64,000 nt of DNA. Origin: Cyanidioschyzon merolae. Taxonomy: Eukaryota. Below, piece by piece: positions 21,964 through 33,171 of this stretch (the first letter of the stretch is position 1; each line of letters starts with the position of its first letter). Below the pieces are notes generated by a model that was given only the letters and a program-made list of their open reading frames with translations, did not search any database and was not told the DNA's origin. A program made the position numbers and the translations under genes. The stretch lies in assembly GCA_000091205.1 (NCBI GenBank), contig AP006491.2; one strand, 5' to 3'.

Positions 21964-23354
21964 GGACGGCAGACGAGTATCGTGAACAGTGGAGGCGTTC
22001 CTTGCCGGGAATCGCTTTGAAGCGAAAACGCTCCCGGCATTTGAAATGGATCGGTGCACTTGGTTTAGAAAGATACAGTTATGTACAGTTAAGTCGCATT
22101 CACGTCCAAGTTCAAAACGCTGGCGCTCCAACACATGCCCGCCACGCCTGCTCTATCCTGCTCTAGACGCTCACAGTACAACATACTTGTTCGAAGCGGT
22201 TCCCCTGTGGTCAGCCATGCCCGCGAATAACCCAGTAACTACCGACATCTGACTTTCACAGCAAATGCGTGGTGTGTTTATGGCTAGCGTCGGCCGCAGC
22301 CACGCGAAGCGGTACGAGCGTGCGCGTTGCAGACGCGGCGCTCGACTGTGGATGCTGCAGACGGCGTTTTTTCGGGGTGCAGGCTGCAGTGCTGTCTTCT
22401 GAACCGCGCTATGCATCGCGTCGCGTCGTTACGTGCACCAGCAGCGACCACATTGTACGTGTTGTGGGTCCAGGAGCGTGCCGGATCGGCGTACGCACAC
22501 ATGCGTTCATAACTTGCACCGGAAACCGCCTATGCAAGTCGACTTGCTGCTTGTTGACGCTGTACACAGGATGTATATCATGCGAGCGAGCGTAGACCAG
22601 CGTATACGCTATCCAAGTCGATATAAGGACGACGAGCGTTTCTACACGGGAGACAGAGCGGCGACGCTTCCGCGCCAGTGCGATGCGGCACGTGATCCCC
22701 TGAACGAAAAAAAAACCCTTCGGGAGCACCACATCCATCAACGTCTATTTCCGCTACGCGAGAATATGCATGAAAAGCGGGCCCAGTGACCATAGCGCTT
22801 CGGAGCTGGCCAATAAAGGCAGGATCCCGAAGCTGCCGCGCCGGTGCACAGCGCGCTGCATCGAAGCATGCTGCCTGCACGTTCGAACAACTGGACGCTT
22901 CGCTTCCGTCCACCGCGCAAGGACGTAGGACTGATCTGAAGGCACCTTCTTAGCGATGTTGGTACTGAAATCCCATAAAACAGAATCCGGGCACGATCTG
23001 CGGTGAACAGCAGGTACCAGGAACGTACGCTGAAGTGTCGCGTACGATCACGTATTATCCATGGAAGGCCAGTTGCCGACGTCCTTCGGAAGGCCCCGGC
23101 ATCGACCCAGAGGCCACGAAAACGCCCTGAACGCACCACGGACACTGTGAATGTATGTATGCACATGTGCTTACTTGCCTGCATGCTTAACAGGTCTCCA
23201 GCGGTGCGCTGCCGGTTCCCCGCTCCACGCTGCGGGCAAGCGATGCTTGCGGCCGCCTCGAACGCAACCGAGCGTCATCGAGAAACCGCTGTCATGTGCG
23301 ACTGCGACCTTGCTGCAGGCCGTTGTCGAGCGCCGCGAAATGACCCGCACTTGC

Positions 23355-23378
23355 CACACACACACACACACACACACA
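23355..23378. repeat. (CA)12 dinucleotide microsatellite
   Basis: cacacacacacacacacacacaca read directly. Confidence 0.9.
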
Positions 23379-23431
23379 GATGTCTCAATGAAGCTGCCCT
23401 GAAATGCTCATCCAGGTTGCCGCAATGCTAT

Positions 23432-26400
23432 TCAGAACTCAATCAAGTCGCGTTCCGCCTGAGCCGGCCGCGAGTTCGACTCGGTTGCGGCCAGCGATTC
23501 GTTGTTGGTCTCTCGTCCGAAACCGTCAGACACCAAGGCATCATCGAAGCGAGCCCAGTCTTCGGCAAGCGGGTCGGCAACGGCATCAGACGCATCGGCA
23601 TTCCAGGTTGGACGCAAGGCCGCAGAGTGACTGGCGTCGGCGGCAGCGGCCTTGCCCCCAGCCGTACGATCGCACTCAACCGACGAAACGCCCGAATGTC
23701 GCTGCTCTAATGTAGTTTGTTGCAGCAAATACTCCAGTGGAACTGCCGATGGGACCGCATGCTCCGTAACACTCCCCTGTGTTGGTCCAGCGGACGCGCC
23801 CGCTGACGCTGGCATCGAGAAGGTCCTCTCGGCGGCAACGCCTGGATCGTATCCAGCACCAGCACCAGCACCAGCACCAGCGCCTGCACCAGCTCCGCTA
23901 GCGTCAACATCGTCGCCCAGCACGGAAGCGCGGTCCGCTGTGGTGTAACTCGTCATCGAAAAGCGGGGTCCGCCAAACTTGGCAGTGCTCTCACGGCGCT
24001 CGCCACGAACCCAGTCCGCGAGCGTACCAACCAGACGCTTCACACGGCGTTTCTGTGAACGTCTCACCGCAGCGCTGCCAACAGGAAGCGCCAGACTCGG
24101 ATCCAAGGAGTCACCAGTAGATGAGCCACGTGCTGTGCTGTGCGCCCGCAGCGTCGCCTTCTCTGCTGCAGCGAGCGCAGATCGCGTCGTTTCACTCATG
24201 CCGGCAGAGAAGGGTCCCCAGGCAGCTTCGGGGATTTGCTGGAGCTGGGCAAAGCCAGCGAGGCGCCCAACCAGCTGTCCACTGCGAAATAGCGGCACCT
24301 GAAATGGATGCCGCTCCGCCAGCCCGCGCGCTGAGAGCACCAACGAGCCAGCGACCTGGTCGTCACCGACCGGTGACATCATCATCAACTGTGCGTAAAT
24401 GAGCTGCTCCTGAATTTCCGCAAGCTCGCTGGGCAGGTACGGCAGTGCAAATCGCCCTGTCCAACGCGGGGCACGATTCATCACCGGACCGGAGAGCGGC
24501 GTGCTAAAGATATCCGCTAGAATATCACCGGAAAAGCTCAGATAATACTGCAGCGGGGTATCTGCATGGTGGAGTTGTTGAGCGCTGCCAGCCGCTCCAG
24601 TCGCCATCACCACCGGTAACTGATGAAGCACCGCCTGTAACGAGTCCAGCACCAAACTGACCCGCACCGGGTGCAGGGGTATCTGGGGTCCAATGCGCGC
24701 TGCGTCGATGTACTCGTCAACCGCAACCGCAATATCCTGTGCTTCAATGCGTCCAGAAGCTGCCAAGCCGGAACTCTGACGTGCTCGATGAGGCGCGTTA
24801 CACGCCAAAACGGATCGTTGGTCGATCACCGTATACTCGGAGCTCGCGGTGGTCACATGAACTGCCCGTGCCGCAGCGCCCAGCATCGCGAGGCCGCTCA
24901 GGTCGCCCAGTGCCCCAGCAGCGTACCAGTAGTCCCACTGGAGCAGCGTATCCCGATCGGAGCGCCCGAGCTGGAGCGACTGCAGCGCCGGGAGCAACTC
25001 GCCGCGTCCACGCAAGCGACCTCCGACGAAACATACACTGGTGCCGTAGAGACGCAGACCAATCGCCACAAGGCCGCTCGGACCGTGCTCCGCGGCTACC
25101 GAGGACTCACTGACTTCGGCTACGGTGTCGGCGGCGTCGATGCGCACCAGCACGGCAAGTGCAGCGCCACCGCGCGGCAACGCTCTCGCCGCCGCACATC
25201 GGTACAGGCCGTGCGCCTCGATGTCCAGGGGTAGAGCGGCGAGCCCGAACCTCCTGCCCGAGGCACCAGAATCCGGGAGTACCAGCGCAATCACGGTTGG
25301 TGGCTGGTCGGCCGGGCCCGGCAAGCCCCAGTCTGCAGCCGTTGCAGGCCAGGTAGGCTTGCTGGCACTCGCAACTCGGATCTGAATTCGAAATGCCCCC
25401 GCTGGAGCATGCGGAAGCAACGATGCCGGCACCATGAGTCCGTAGTTGCCCGCCCAGGTGAGCAGTGCACGCAGGAAAACCTCTCGCAGGGCCGGGTGAG
25501 GAAACACGAGGTCCAGCGGCATCGGCTGCTGTTCACCGCGGAAGCGGAGACGCAACCGATATCGCCCTCGATGCTGTTCGGTGCGCTCGTACTGCACCAG
25601 GCTCTGGCGTGGATAACTGTACTCGATGTGCTCAGGGGTCCGAACGACGAGGTCTCGGTCTCGGAGCAGCACCATGACATGGACACGCTCGCCGCTTCCG
25701 GTGAGCCACTGCTGCTGGTCGAACATTGTCCAGACCGAATCGGAAGCAGCGCCAGTGCCGGCGTCTGGAAGCGGTACCCCAGAGGCGTCTGCGTCGCGAG
25801 CCACAGTCGCGTATCCTAGCATGAGGTCATAGGCGTCTTGGCGATCGTCATCGACAAAATGCTTATTGAAAATGCGCACTGCCGACTTGAGGCCATCCTG
25901 CAGGAGGCCCTTGGTGGAGCGTTTCCCACTACGTGCAATATCCGCCTTCATGGCTGCAGTGCCGGCGTACTGGTAGGAAAGCGCGTCTGCGTTATTGCCC
26001 CAGAGGCGCACGAACGTCGACTCACCGTCCGGGGAGAGCTGGATTGACCGCTGCGCTCGTCCGGTCGCGTCAGGGGATGGTCTGCTCGTGCTCGTGTCCC
26101 GCAAAATGAGGGCCAGCTGCTGCTGCAAAACCTGTTTCGCGAGTATACTCTGAACGACACCAGTTCGATCCAAACAATCCACACAATTGACTCGGAAAAT
26201 GCCAGTCTGCAGCTGTCGCGCATCCAAGAGAAAGCCGTACGCGTCCAGATCGTTCAGGAGGCGACTCAATAGCGCACAGATGCCGCGCTCGTACTCCTTC
26301 CCACTACAGTGACGATGAAAGTCGAACTCGACAAACCGAGGTGCCCAGCTGGGTCGAGCATCAGTGCCGCGACTCGCGGCCAACTCTACCTGTTGGGCGT

Positions 26401-27493
26401 ACGCTCGTGCCAGGGTCGACTCGGAGCCTTCGCTGTTCACGAGCGATACCGCAGTGCATCGTCCGTAGGAGCGGCTGAGATTCTTGAAGTGCTGCGTGAA
26501 CGCAGCCTGCGACTGCAACAGGGGAGCATCGAGCTCCGGCGCTGGTCGAAGTGCTCCCTTGGTTTGTCGCCAGAAGACGGGTATCGAACCTCGGAGCGTG
26601 ACAAACGAGGTACAGCGATGTTCATGGAAGACAATCTGTTCGGTTTCAACAAAATTCGCGACATGCCCGGACTGGTCGATCCCCCGAGAGTGGTAACGCG
26701 TGCCGGCACGCTTTCGACTCTTCCGGCTCACGACGGTGACGTAGACGCGCTCGATCCCGCCGAGGCCGTTCGCCATAGCAGAGCTGTAAATAGGGAGTTC
26801 GACGGTACCGACGTATCCCATGATCGCACGAACTGCCCAGGTGCTTGCAACCGGGCCCAGTGCTTCCACCATGGGCTTGTTCCACCAGAAGCTGGAGCCA
26901 CTGGCTCCAGTGAGCTGCTTCTGCTGCGTGCGCACCAGGTCAGCCTCGTAGCTGAAGAAGAGGAAACCCGACTCGAGCATCTTCAGCATCGAAACAGATA
27001 CGTCACGATCCGTCTTCACTGCTGGCTGTGGATGTAGTTTCACCAGTCGCACGCGGCTGGCAGTGTAGACCGGCGCTAGTCGATAGCTTGCCGAGGCTCG
27101 CGTCGACGCTTCGTTGCCTGGCGGTGAACTCGTCACTGGCAACGGGACAGAGCCAGCGCGCTTCACTTCGGTTACGGTGACCAAGTATGGACCTGAACTC
27201 AAGAAAGTGGCACCTAGAAGCGCTGCCGCAGCGTCAATACCGAGCACCTCTCGGGCGTTGTAGGCACTGGCCGGCGCCGGCAGCAGGTACGGCTCTGCGT
27301 GGAACGGGAGCGCCAGCTGTGGACCCGCCGTTCTCTCAAAACTCGCACTGTTTGCTGCGTCTATGACAGCATTTGGTGATGCTGCAGGATCCGGTGCCCA
27401 GCGAGAGCAATCCTGAAGCACGAGTCCGGTGGGCAGATGAATGACGCGCAACGCTCGAGGTGGCGGTGCTTCTGCTGGGCGCGCTGTTGCCAT
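23432..27493 (-). CDS. SAC-domain phosphoinositide phosphatase, synaptojanin/Inp5x-like (SAC domain plus degenerate inositol-5-phosphatase-like region)
   Basis: SAC catalytic CX5R(T/S) motif FRVNCVDCLDRTGVVQS (yeast Sac1 RTNCMDCLDRTN), with upstream ..GTRYHSRGID..GHVANFVETEQI... The downstream region has 5-phosphatase-like blocks (GLVAIGLRLYGTSVCFVGG, LGDLSG, NRAPRWTGRFAL) that are degenerate relative to consensus. The track start at 27508 is GTG; the first ATG is 27493 (MATAR...). Single 4-kb exon. Confidence 0.75.
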   Translation of the reverse strand: MATARPAEAPPPRALRVIHLPTGLVLQDCSRWAPDPAASPNAVIDAANSASFERTAGPQLALPFHAEPYLLPAPASAYNAREVLGIDAAAALLGATFLSSGPYLVTVTEVKRAGSVPLPVTSSPPGNEASTRASASYRLAPVYTASRVRLVKLHPQPAVKTDRDVSVSMLKMLESGFLFFSYEADLVRTQQKQLTGASGSSFWWNKPMVEALGPVASTWAVRAIMGYVGTVELPIYSSAMANGLGGIERVYVTVVSRKSRKRAGTRYHSRGIDQSGHVANFVETEQIVFHEHRCTSFVTLRGSIPVFWRQTKGALRPAPELDAPLLQSQAAFTQHFKNLSRSYGRCTAVSLVNSEGSESTLARAYAQQVELAASRGTDARPSWAPRFVEFDFHRHCSGKEYERGICALLSRLLNDLDAYGFLLDARQLQTGIFRVNCVDCLDRTGVVQSILAKQVLQQQLALILRDTSTSRPSPDATGRAQRSIQLSPDGESTFVRLWGNNADALSYQYAGTAAMKADIARSGKRSTKGLLQDGLKSAVRIFNKHFVDDDRQDAYDLMLGYATVARDADASGVPLPDAGTGAASDSVWTMFDQQQWLTGSGERVHVMVLLRDRDLVVRTPEHIEYSYPRQSLVQYERTEQHRGRYRLRLRFRGEQQPMPLDLVFPHPALREVFLRALLTWAGNYGLMVPASLLPHAPAGAFRIQIRVASASKPTWPATAADWGLPGPADQPPTVIALVLPDSGASGRRFGLAALPLDIEAHGLYRCAAARALPRGGAALAVLVRIDAADTVAEVSESSVAAEHGPSGLVAIGLRLYGTSVCFVGGRLRGRGELLPALQSLQLGRSDRDTLLQWDYWYAAGALGDLSGLAMLGAAARAVHVTTASSEYTVIDQRSVLACNAPHRARQSSGLAASGRIEAQDIAVAVDEYIDAARIGPQIPLHPVRVSLVLDSLQAVLHQLPVVMATGAAGSAQQLHHADTPLQYYLSFSGDILADIFSTPLSGPVMNRAPRWTGRFALPYLPSELAEIQEQLIYAQLMMMSPVGDDQVAGSLVLSARGLAERHPFQVPLFRSGQLVGRLAGFAQLQQIPEAAWGPFSAGMSETTRSALAAAEKATLRAHSTARGSSTGDSLDPSLALPVGSAAVRRSQKRRVKRLVGTLADWVRGERRESTAKFGGPRFSMTSYTTADRASVLGDDVDASGAGAGAGAGAGAGAGYDPGVAAERTFSMPASAGASAGPTQGSVTEHAVPSAVPLEYLLQQTTLEQRHSGVSSVECDRTAGGKAAAADASHSAALRPTWNADASDAVADPLAEDWARFDDALVSDGFGRETNNESLAATESNSRPAQAERDLIEF
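23855..23896 (-). repeat. (GCACCA)n hexanucleotide repeat encoding a Gly-Ala repeat near the C-terminus of the SAC phosphatase
   Basis: agcaccagcaccagcaccagcaccagcgcctgcaccagctcc on the plus strand; the minus-strand translation is GAGAGAGAGAGAGAG. Confidence 0.8.
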
Positions 27494-28050
27494 GTTGCTA
27501 ACCGGCACCAGGCTTGGGCCTATGCTTCGGATGTTCCGAACCCGAAAGCAACCTGTGCGCGATGTGGCACACAGTTGCCACGAACTCCGCCGCAGCAGCG
27601 GTACTGTTGCTGGAAACGCAACGTTCCGGGCGCTCCGCAGCCGCTCCGCCCGAAAAAGCGCCTGTCGCGAAGCGGCCTGGGCGGGACACGGGGGCAGCGT
27701 TTGATGTTCATTATTGTCTCATTTAATGCTGGTGGTGCATGGGGCGCGCTCCTCTGGAAACGTTCCCCCTACGTTTGTCCACTGGACGGTGTCGTTTCAT
27801 GGGGTACCAAGTTGCTTCGCAAGTTGCTCGGCGTACAAGTATGCCCCTGGTGCGTGGATGCATTGCTTGAGGCGTTGACAGGAATCGAACAGAATCGAAT
27901 CCTGCACTCAGTGTACGCTCCCGTCGACGGAGCGGGCGTGCACCCCTGGCGCTGCAGCTCGTCTGGCGTCGTCATCTACCAGCGAACGACGCGTCTTGCA
28001 GAACAGTTGCTTTCGCAACTCCTTTGGACAAGTTCGACGACGCACAAATC

Positions 28051-29237
28051 TTACCGCTGCACAAGCGATACAGGTGGCGAACGCTGCCCAGTCTCGTGGA
28101 ATCGATGGAAAGCGCGTTTGCATATGCTATATGGACGCGCACGTAGGCTCAGCATGAAGCGTACAGAGCGTTGTCCTCTGCTCAACACGGCTCTCAGCGC
28201 GTTCACGCGAGTCCCGATACCGTTACGCCCCTTGTTGGCATGCCTGCTGGTGTCCGTCATTTCGGATTGCCGTTCAGACGGAGCGATGGAAACGTTGTGC
28301 AGCTTCATCTGCTTCCCGTTCAGGTCTTTGGCGGTATCACCGTGATCTAGGGATTCGACAAGCGCCATGACGCGGTTCAACCGCAGATCCACGCGTACCA
28401 GAAGGTGTTTCTCTTCGTCTGCGTTGAACAGTTTGCATTGAGTCTCGGTGCTCGACACGGAATCAATTTTTACGAAATGAATGCAGATTGAGATTCCATC
28501 GAACGCCATCATCCCGGTCCATTGCTTTCCATTTTCTCCGAGTAAACCAGAAACCTTGGAGGAGCTCTGCCTGTGCTCTTCTCGAAGGTTTTCAAATACG
28601 TCGTAGTTGCTCGCTGAGACGGGCTCCTTCTTCGCCTTGTCTTCGATTTGGCGCGGTTGCATACACGCATGCATGCGCTCGCTATACTCCATGTATGTTT
28701 GTATCGCTTGGCATGCAGAGGCACTGGATGACGGACGGTGCTGAAACGCGCATGTTCTGTCTATTGATCGACGATTCCTCAAGAATCCTGGTCATCTTCT
28801 CTGTCGCAAGCACGCCCACACATCAAAGCGCCTTTGCACGCGCTTTTCCACGCACGAGCAGAGAAACAACAGCGTAGTTCAGGGCTGCTGTATGTACTAA
28901 AGCACAGTTTGTCAAAGCACGATTTACAGACACACGGGATCGTGGATGCGAACGACTCTTCTATTGATCGGGCAGCGCGACCGTGGCGTTTTCCAACCCG
29001 ATACGACGCCACTGACTGTATGCAAACAGGGAGAAAATCGGCCAGCGTAACCAGGAACGCAACGCCGATCTCAGCTGCAAACTCCTTCACCGCGTTTGAT
29101 CGATGGAAAGCGACGTCATTGAAGAGCACCACATAAGAATTCGGGAAAGCGAAGCCAAGAAAAGTGCTTGGATGAAAAACGTGGTGTGAAACGAGCCTGT
29201 CCTTGTTGGCGATTCGCAGGCGACCAAACGATAGCAT
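28051..29237 (-). CDS. hypothetical protein, possibly one gene split over two abutting ORFs (28779..29237 and 28051..28782) by a frameshift
   Basis: Two minus-strand ORFs meet within 3 nt in different frames. The upstream piece starts with an ATG at 29237. Both pieces contain similar segments (YVVLFNDVAFHRSNAVKEF / YDVFENLREEHRQSSSKV). No confident family assignment. Confidence 0.25.
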
Positions 29238-31014
29238 TGCGGCTTCAGTTCATGGTATCGGCGTGCTCGCACGTCTCCTCTTTGCGGAGAGCGGTTTGTC
29301 GCTCTTGGAGTGCCCACACACAGGTTTATGATTTTTCCGAATTCAATCTCATCGACTAAGACGGACATCTGTCCACCGTTGTTAAGGGCGCTCGGGTTTC
29401 CATACGTCGTCGATATTCTGTTGTTCGACGCGCGTCACTCTATCATAGAGATGATCGTTTCCCTTCATATATCCGTATCTTTTCGTTGCCGCTCGAATCA
29501 ACTGTGCGAAAAAGTCCTAACCCGGGGGTTGTCTCATGGTATTCCTTAGAACACGTGTTGTGTGGAATATGTTGACGAGGAAACAGTCGTGCGGATAGCG
29601 TTTAAAAAACGTTGTTTTTCGTCTGCGTGCTGTTCAGGACAATACACAACAGACAGTTGGATACTCTACCTGTACAAGTAAGACTGTTGTTCCGAAATCT
29701 AGCAGAGACAGCATCGAGTCTCCATGCAATTGTTCTCCTATCAACATGATGCGATCGTTTTTTGTTTCATATCTGCGAGAAAAACAAACGACAGTGCAGG
29801 TTGGAACGAGTATGCCGCAACGCACCGCTCTGCATGTAACGCACTTGCTGTCCATCCATGTAGAGTCTCGTGCGTTTTCACGATGTGTAAGGGACTGGAG
29901 GCCTCCGCACCAACTCCACATTGCTCTACAGGTTCGCTTTTGTTTTCGCAACATCCAGAATGAGAATCCAGAGCACTTGGTTCACTTTTCTTTGTTGGTC
30001 CATCATAAAACATAACCCGAACGCTGAAGCCCCAGCGCCACGACTGTAAAGCGGCTAACCAGAGGTCATCCCGCAAACGAAAGCGATGGTGCCCGACGCC
30101 GACGCCAGCGATGGATCGTCTTCGAGTCTCGGGCTCAGCGCACGTCGAGTGTTTCAGCGGGCTGCAGAGCACACGCAAGAACGTAAAGCAGTATTTTCGG
30201 GTTAGCGCATCGAGCGGTCTGGCGTGATATACCCAGAAACGACACCCACACCCAGACGCCTTCCAGGGAAGCACCGCATACAATGATCCCGCCGAACGAC
30301 ACGATGCAGGTGCTGTCGTCGACCTTGGTCCTTGCTCACTGTTTTCCAATCAGCACTTTGTGCGACATGTCGCGTTTTATCGGGGACTAGGGAATCAGAG
30401 GCGCCAAGCTGCTGAGCTAGTCGCTGTTCGGAAAGAGGAACAGCTCCAGGTAGCGTCGTCTGCTGCGCGTGACGCGCCCGCGCTCGGCCTGCTGCTGGGA
30501 ACAAGAGCCCTTGGCAGGTCGCGGAAAGCGTCCAAGTCCCTATTAGCACAGGCGTGAGCACAGCACACGCGAATGCATTGCCTCACGGAAAATACTGCCG
30601 TCCGACAGGTTCCCGGGTGCTGTCCTGTTGCTATACTGTCCATGCTGAAAGCCCCGCGGTGCCGTTCATGATGCTGCACACAGCCGACTATGACGATACC
30701 GAGCCAGGAAGCGTTGTCGTCGTCGTTGTCGTTGTCGTCTCCTGGGCACACTCGAGGTGCGCTGGTATACATCGCGCAGTTGCCAGCGTCATGGACTGAG
30801 CGTTACTGTCGCCACACAGGGTGCTCGCGACGGGCCTTGTATCTGAAAACATGAATGATTGGGGTTCGCGGGGGCCAGCGGCTACCAGCAGGAGCGCATT
30901 CTACATAGCTTCTCGACCTGAGCGATTCGATATACGGCACGTATCCGCGGCATGACTCGAGTGCCGGAGTTGCTGCCATTCACCTGGTTTTCATGAGCTA
31001 GAGGTGCGGCTACA

Positions 31015-32463
31015 TTACGCGCTGCGCATTGCCTCGGTCGCAACGGGTGTTTGCCGGGCCCCAGTTCGGACCACGAGACGACCATCTGCAGAGAGGGAGG
31101 CCAGCATGGCGTTTCGCGCAGCATCGTGCCATGCAAGCGCCACAATAAGGTCATCGTGGTCTCGAGCGCTCTCTTCAAATGTAAAACCTTCGCAAAAGAT
31201 CGTCGGGGCATCGTTGTCGCTGCGCACCTGATCGCCATCAACAGCGCCTGTCCTGTCTAATGATGAAATGGACGGCGTTGCTGCTGACACGGCTGTCTGT
31301 AGACGGCCTCGCCAAGTAGAGACCACTGGCTCTTCATTCGCACCGTACGCAGCAACCGCTACGCGTATGCTCGAATCTAACGCTTCTAGTGCGATTGCAG
31401 AGGCAAAGACGCTCCATGGTGCGCGATCACCAACGGCAGAACCAGCGAGCTGCTGAACTTGGCCTCGGAGGAGATCCAAAAACAGCAGGACGCCATCGTC
31501 CGTGGAGGCAACAATGCCCCCGGACTGCTGCGGCATGCGTGCGGCTGCCAGCACAGTGCTGCTCAAGCCGTGTGGAGTCGTCGACTGCAACGCATGGAGT
31601 CGCAGGGCCTCGTTGTCGGTATCGCACGGGAGGAGCTCGTAGGCTCTCTGGGCCAGGGACCCACATTCCGCGGCTTTCTTTCGTGATGATGTCGAGGAAG
31701 CAGCATGGAGCTCGAACTGGCCGGCGATCGACTGTTGTCTGCGGTCAAACAGTAGCAGCGCGCCGCTGGTGTGTGCAGCGAACACCAGCCCAGGCGCTTG
31801 CTCGTCGACAAAGCAGGCGCAGGTCCAGTGTAATGCGGCAAGCTGGTGTCGGCCCGTATAGATCATTCTAGGGATATGTGGTACGCTCCAGACACACTGG
31901 GTCTGCAGGGTGTTTGCGTCGAGTAGTTGTAGCGTGTGTGCCAGGCCTAGCACGACGCTTTCGCCGGTGAGCGCCACATCCATCGCTTGAAGCGTTTCCG
32001 GATGTGGAAGTTCCGCGTTCGGCACTGGCTCCGGATTGCTCACAATGACATGCTGTTTCGCAGCCTCTCCGAAGCAGCCGAGGGCATCTTCTAGTCGAGG
32101 TAGCCGAACGGCCTCCAAGGCCGGTTTTCCACGCTCGGCATCCTGGCCAGCGCAGTAGACAACGGGACCCAAGCCACGAGCCAACAACGCTATCTGTGCT
32201 GTTTGCTCGATCGGTAACGCTGCCACAAAGTGCAAGTCTTTCTTTTCAGGTGCAAACTCGACGAGTAACAGTTCACTGCGTGCACTCGAGGAGAGCCCGC
32301 TTCTGTACGCGGGTGTCTGTGTCGCGGGCCTGCCGCCCGACGCTACCACGAAACGCACTCTGTTCCGAGCCGCGTCAGACAGCTGCCCTGTACTCCCTGT
32401 GAAGACCGGAAGAATGCCGCGGGCGGGTTGTTTGATCCCGATCGCAGCCGAAGCTGTCTCCAT
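31015..32463 (-). CDS. hypothetical protein (482 aa), no recognisable domain
   Basis: ATG-initiated 1.45-kb ORF with ordinary amino-acid composition for this genome. Lies between neighbouring genes without overlap. Confidence 0.4.
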   Translation of the reverse strand: METASAAIGIKQPARGILPVFTGSTGQLSDAARNRVRFVVASGGRPATQTPAYRSGLSSSARSELLLVEFAPEKKDLHFVAALPIEQTAQIALLARGLGPVVYCAGQDAERGKPALEAVRLPRLEDALGCFGEAAKQHVIVSNPEPVPNAELPHPETLQAMDVALTGESVVLGLAHTLQLLDANTLQTQCVWSVPHIPRMIYTGRHQLAALHWTCACFVDEQAPGLVFAAHTSGALLLFDRRQQSIAGQFELHAASSTSSRKKAAECGSLAQRAYELLPCDTDNEALRLHALQSTTPHGLSSTVLAAARMPQQSGGIVASTDDGVLLFLDLLRGQVQQLAGSAVGDRAPWSVFASAIALEALDSSIRVAVAAYGANEEPVVSTWRGRLQTAVSAATPSISSLDRTGAVDGDQVRSDNDAPTIFCEGFTFEESARDHDDLIVALAWHDAARNAMLASLSADGRLVVRTGARQTPVATEAMRSA

Positions 32464-32856
32464 GGTGCACGAGGGAGAGGTTCCTGGTGTTCTCTCTGCA
32501 CTCAGGACACCAGCATGGTGCAGCTAGATCCTGTTGCTGGTGAAGCGTGCCACGAGCAGCGCACCGTTCAAGCGCAGCGTGCTCGATGCGAAAGCACTGG
32601 TAGCTCGCTGGGCGTGTCGGTCGTCCCAGTCGTAGCGTTTTCGCGCACCAGCGGATGAGTTGCAGTGAAGGAGTAGAGCGGCATAGGGTCGAGGCCAGCG
32701 GGTACGTCGAAGCTGTCCCAGTACGAATAGTCCATAAAAGTATAGCATCCAATCAACCCTCCGTTCGCCTGAAGCGTACCATGTCCGTTGCTACCCTCTG
32801 TCTTCCGTTTCGATGGTACTCCATCCCCAGGTATCGGTAACCAAATGCTTTTTCGC

Positions 32857-33171
32857 GGTTTATAGAAGAAGCGTTCCGAGCGCGTTGATTTTGAGAAATA
32901 AAGAATCTGAGGGAAAAGTATGAAGGCGTGGATTTCGGGTACCCGGTGTCGTCAGGCGCCGGAAATAAACGAACAAAACATCGTATTGCTGCCGACAATC
33001 GAGCGATGAAGAGCAATTGACGAAAAATAGAAGACGGTTGGAGATAGGGGAGAAAAGGTGTTTGTAAGACGGGACGATGACGAGAGTGTAGTGGTTCAGA
33101 AGGGCACGAATGCGAGGAATCCTTGCAGCAGTGCATTCAACAAGAGGCAACAAACGCAAGGAGTTTGTGAA
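32857..33171 (+). mobile_element. miniature Fanzor-derived element copy F4, 3'-truncated at a tail-to-tail junction with copy B
   Basis: 5' end agaagaagcgttccgagcgcgttgattttgag matches the mini/full 5' terminus. The internal sequence aligns with F3 across the mini-specific deletion junction (...ataggggagaaaaggtgtttgtaagacgggacgatgacgagag...). The sense frame reads RRARMRGILAAVHSTRGNKRKEFVN and then stops matching at 33171. Confidence 0.6.

Noticed and set aside
27437-28345. 302-aa plus-strand ORF rich in Cys/Trp/Arg
   Set aside because: Composition is typical of a non-coding frame. It overlaps the 5' end of the SAC gene on the other strand and has no recognisable motif.
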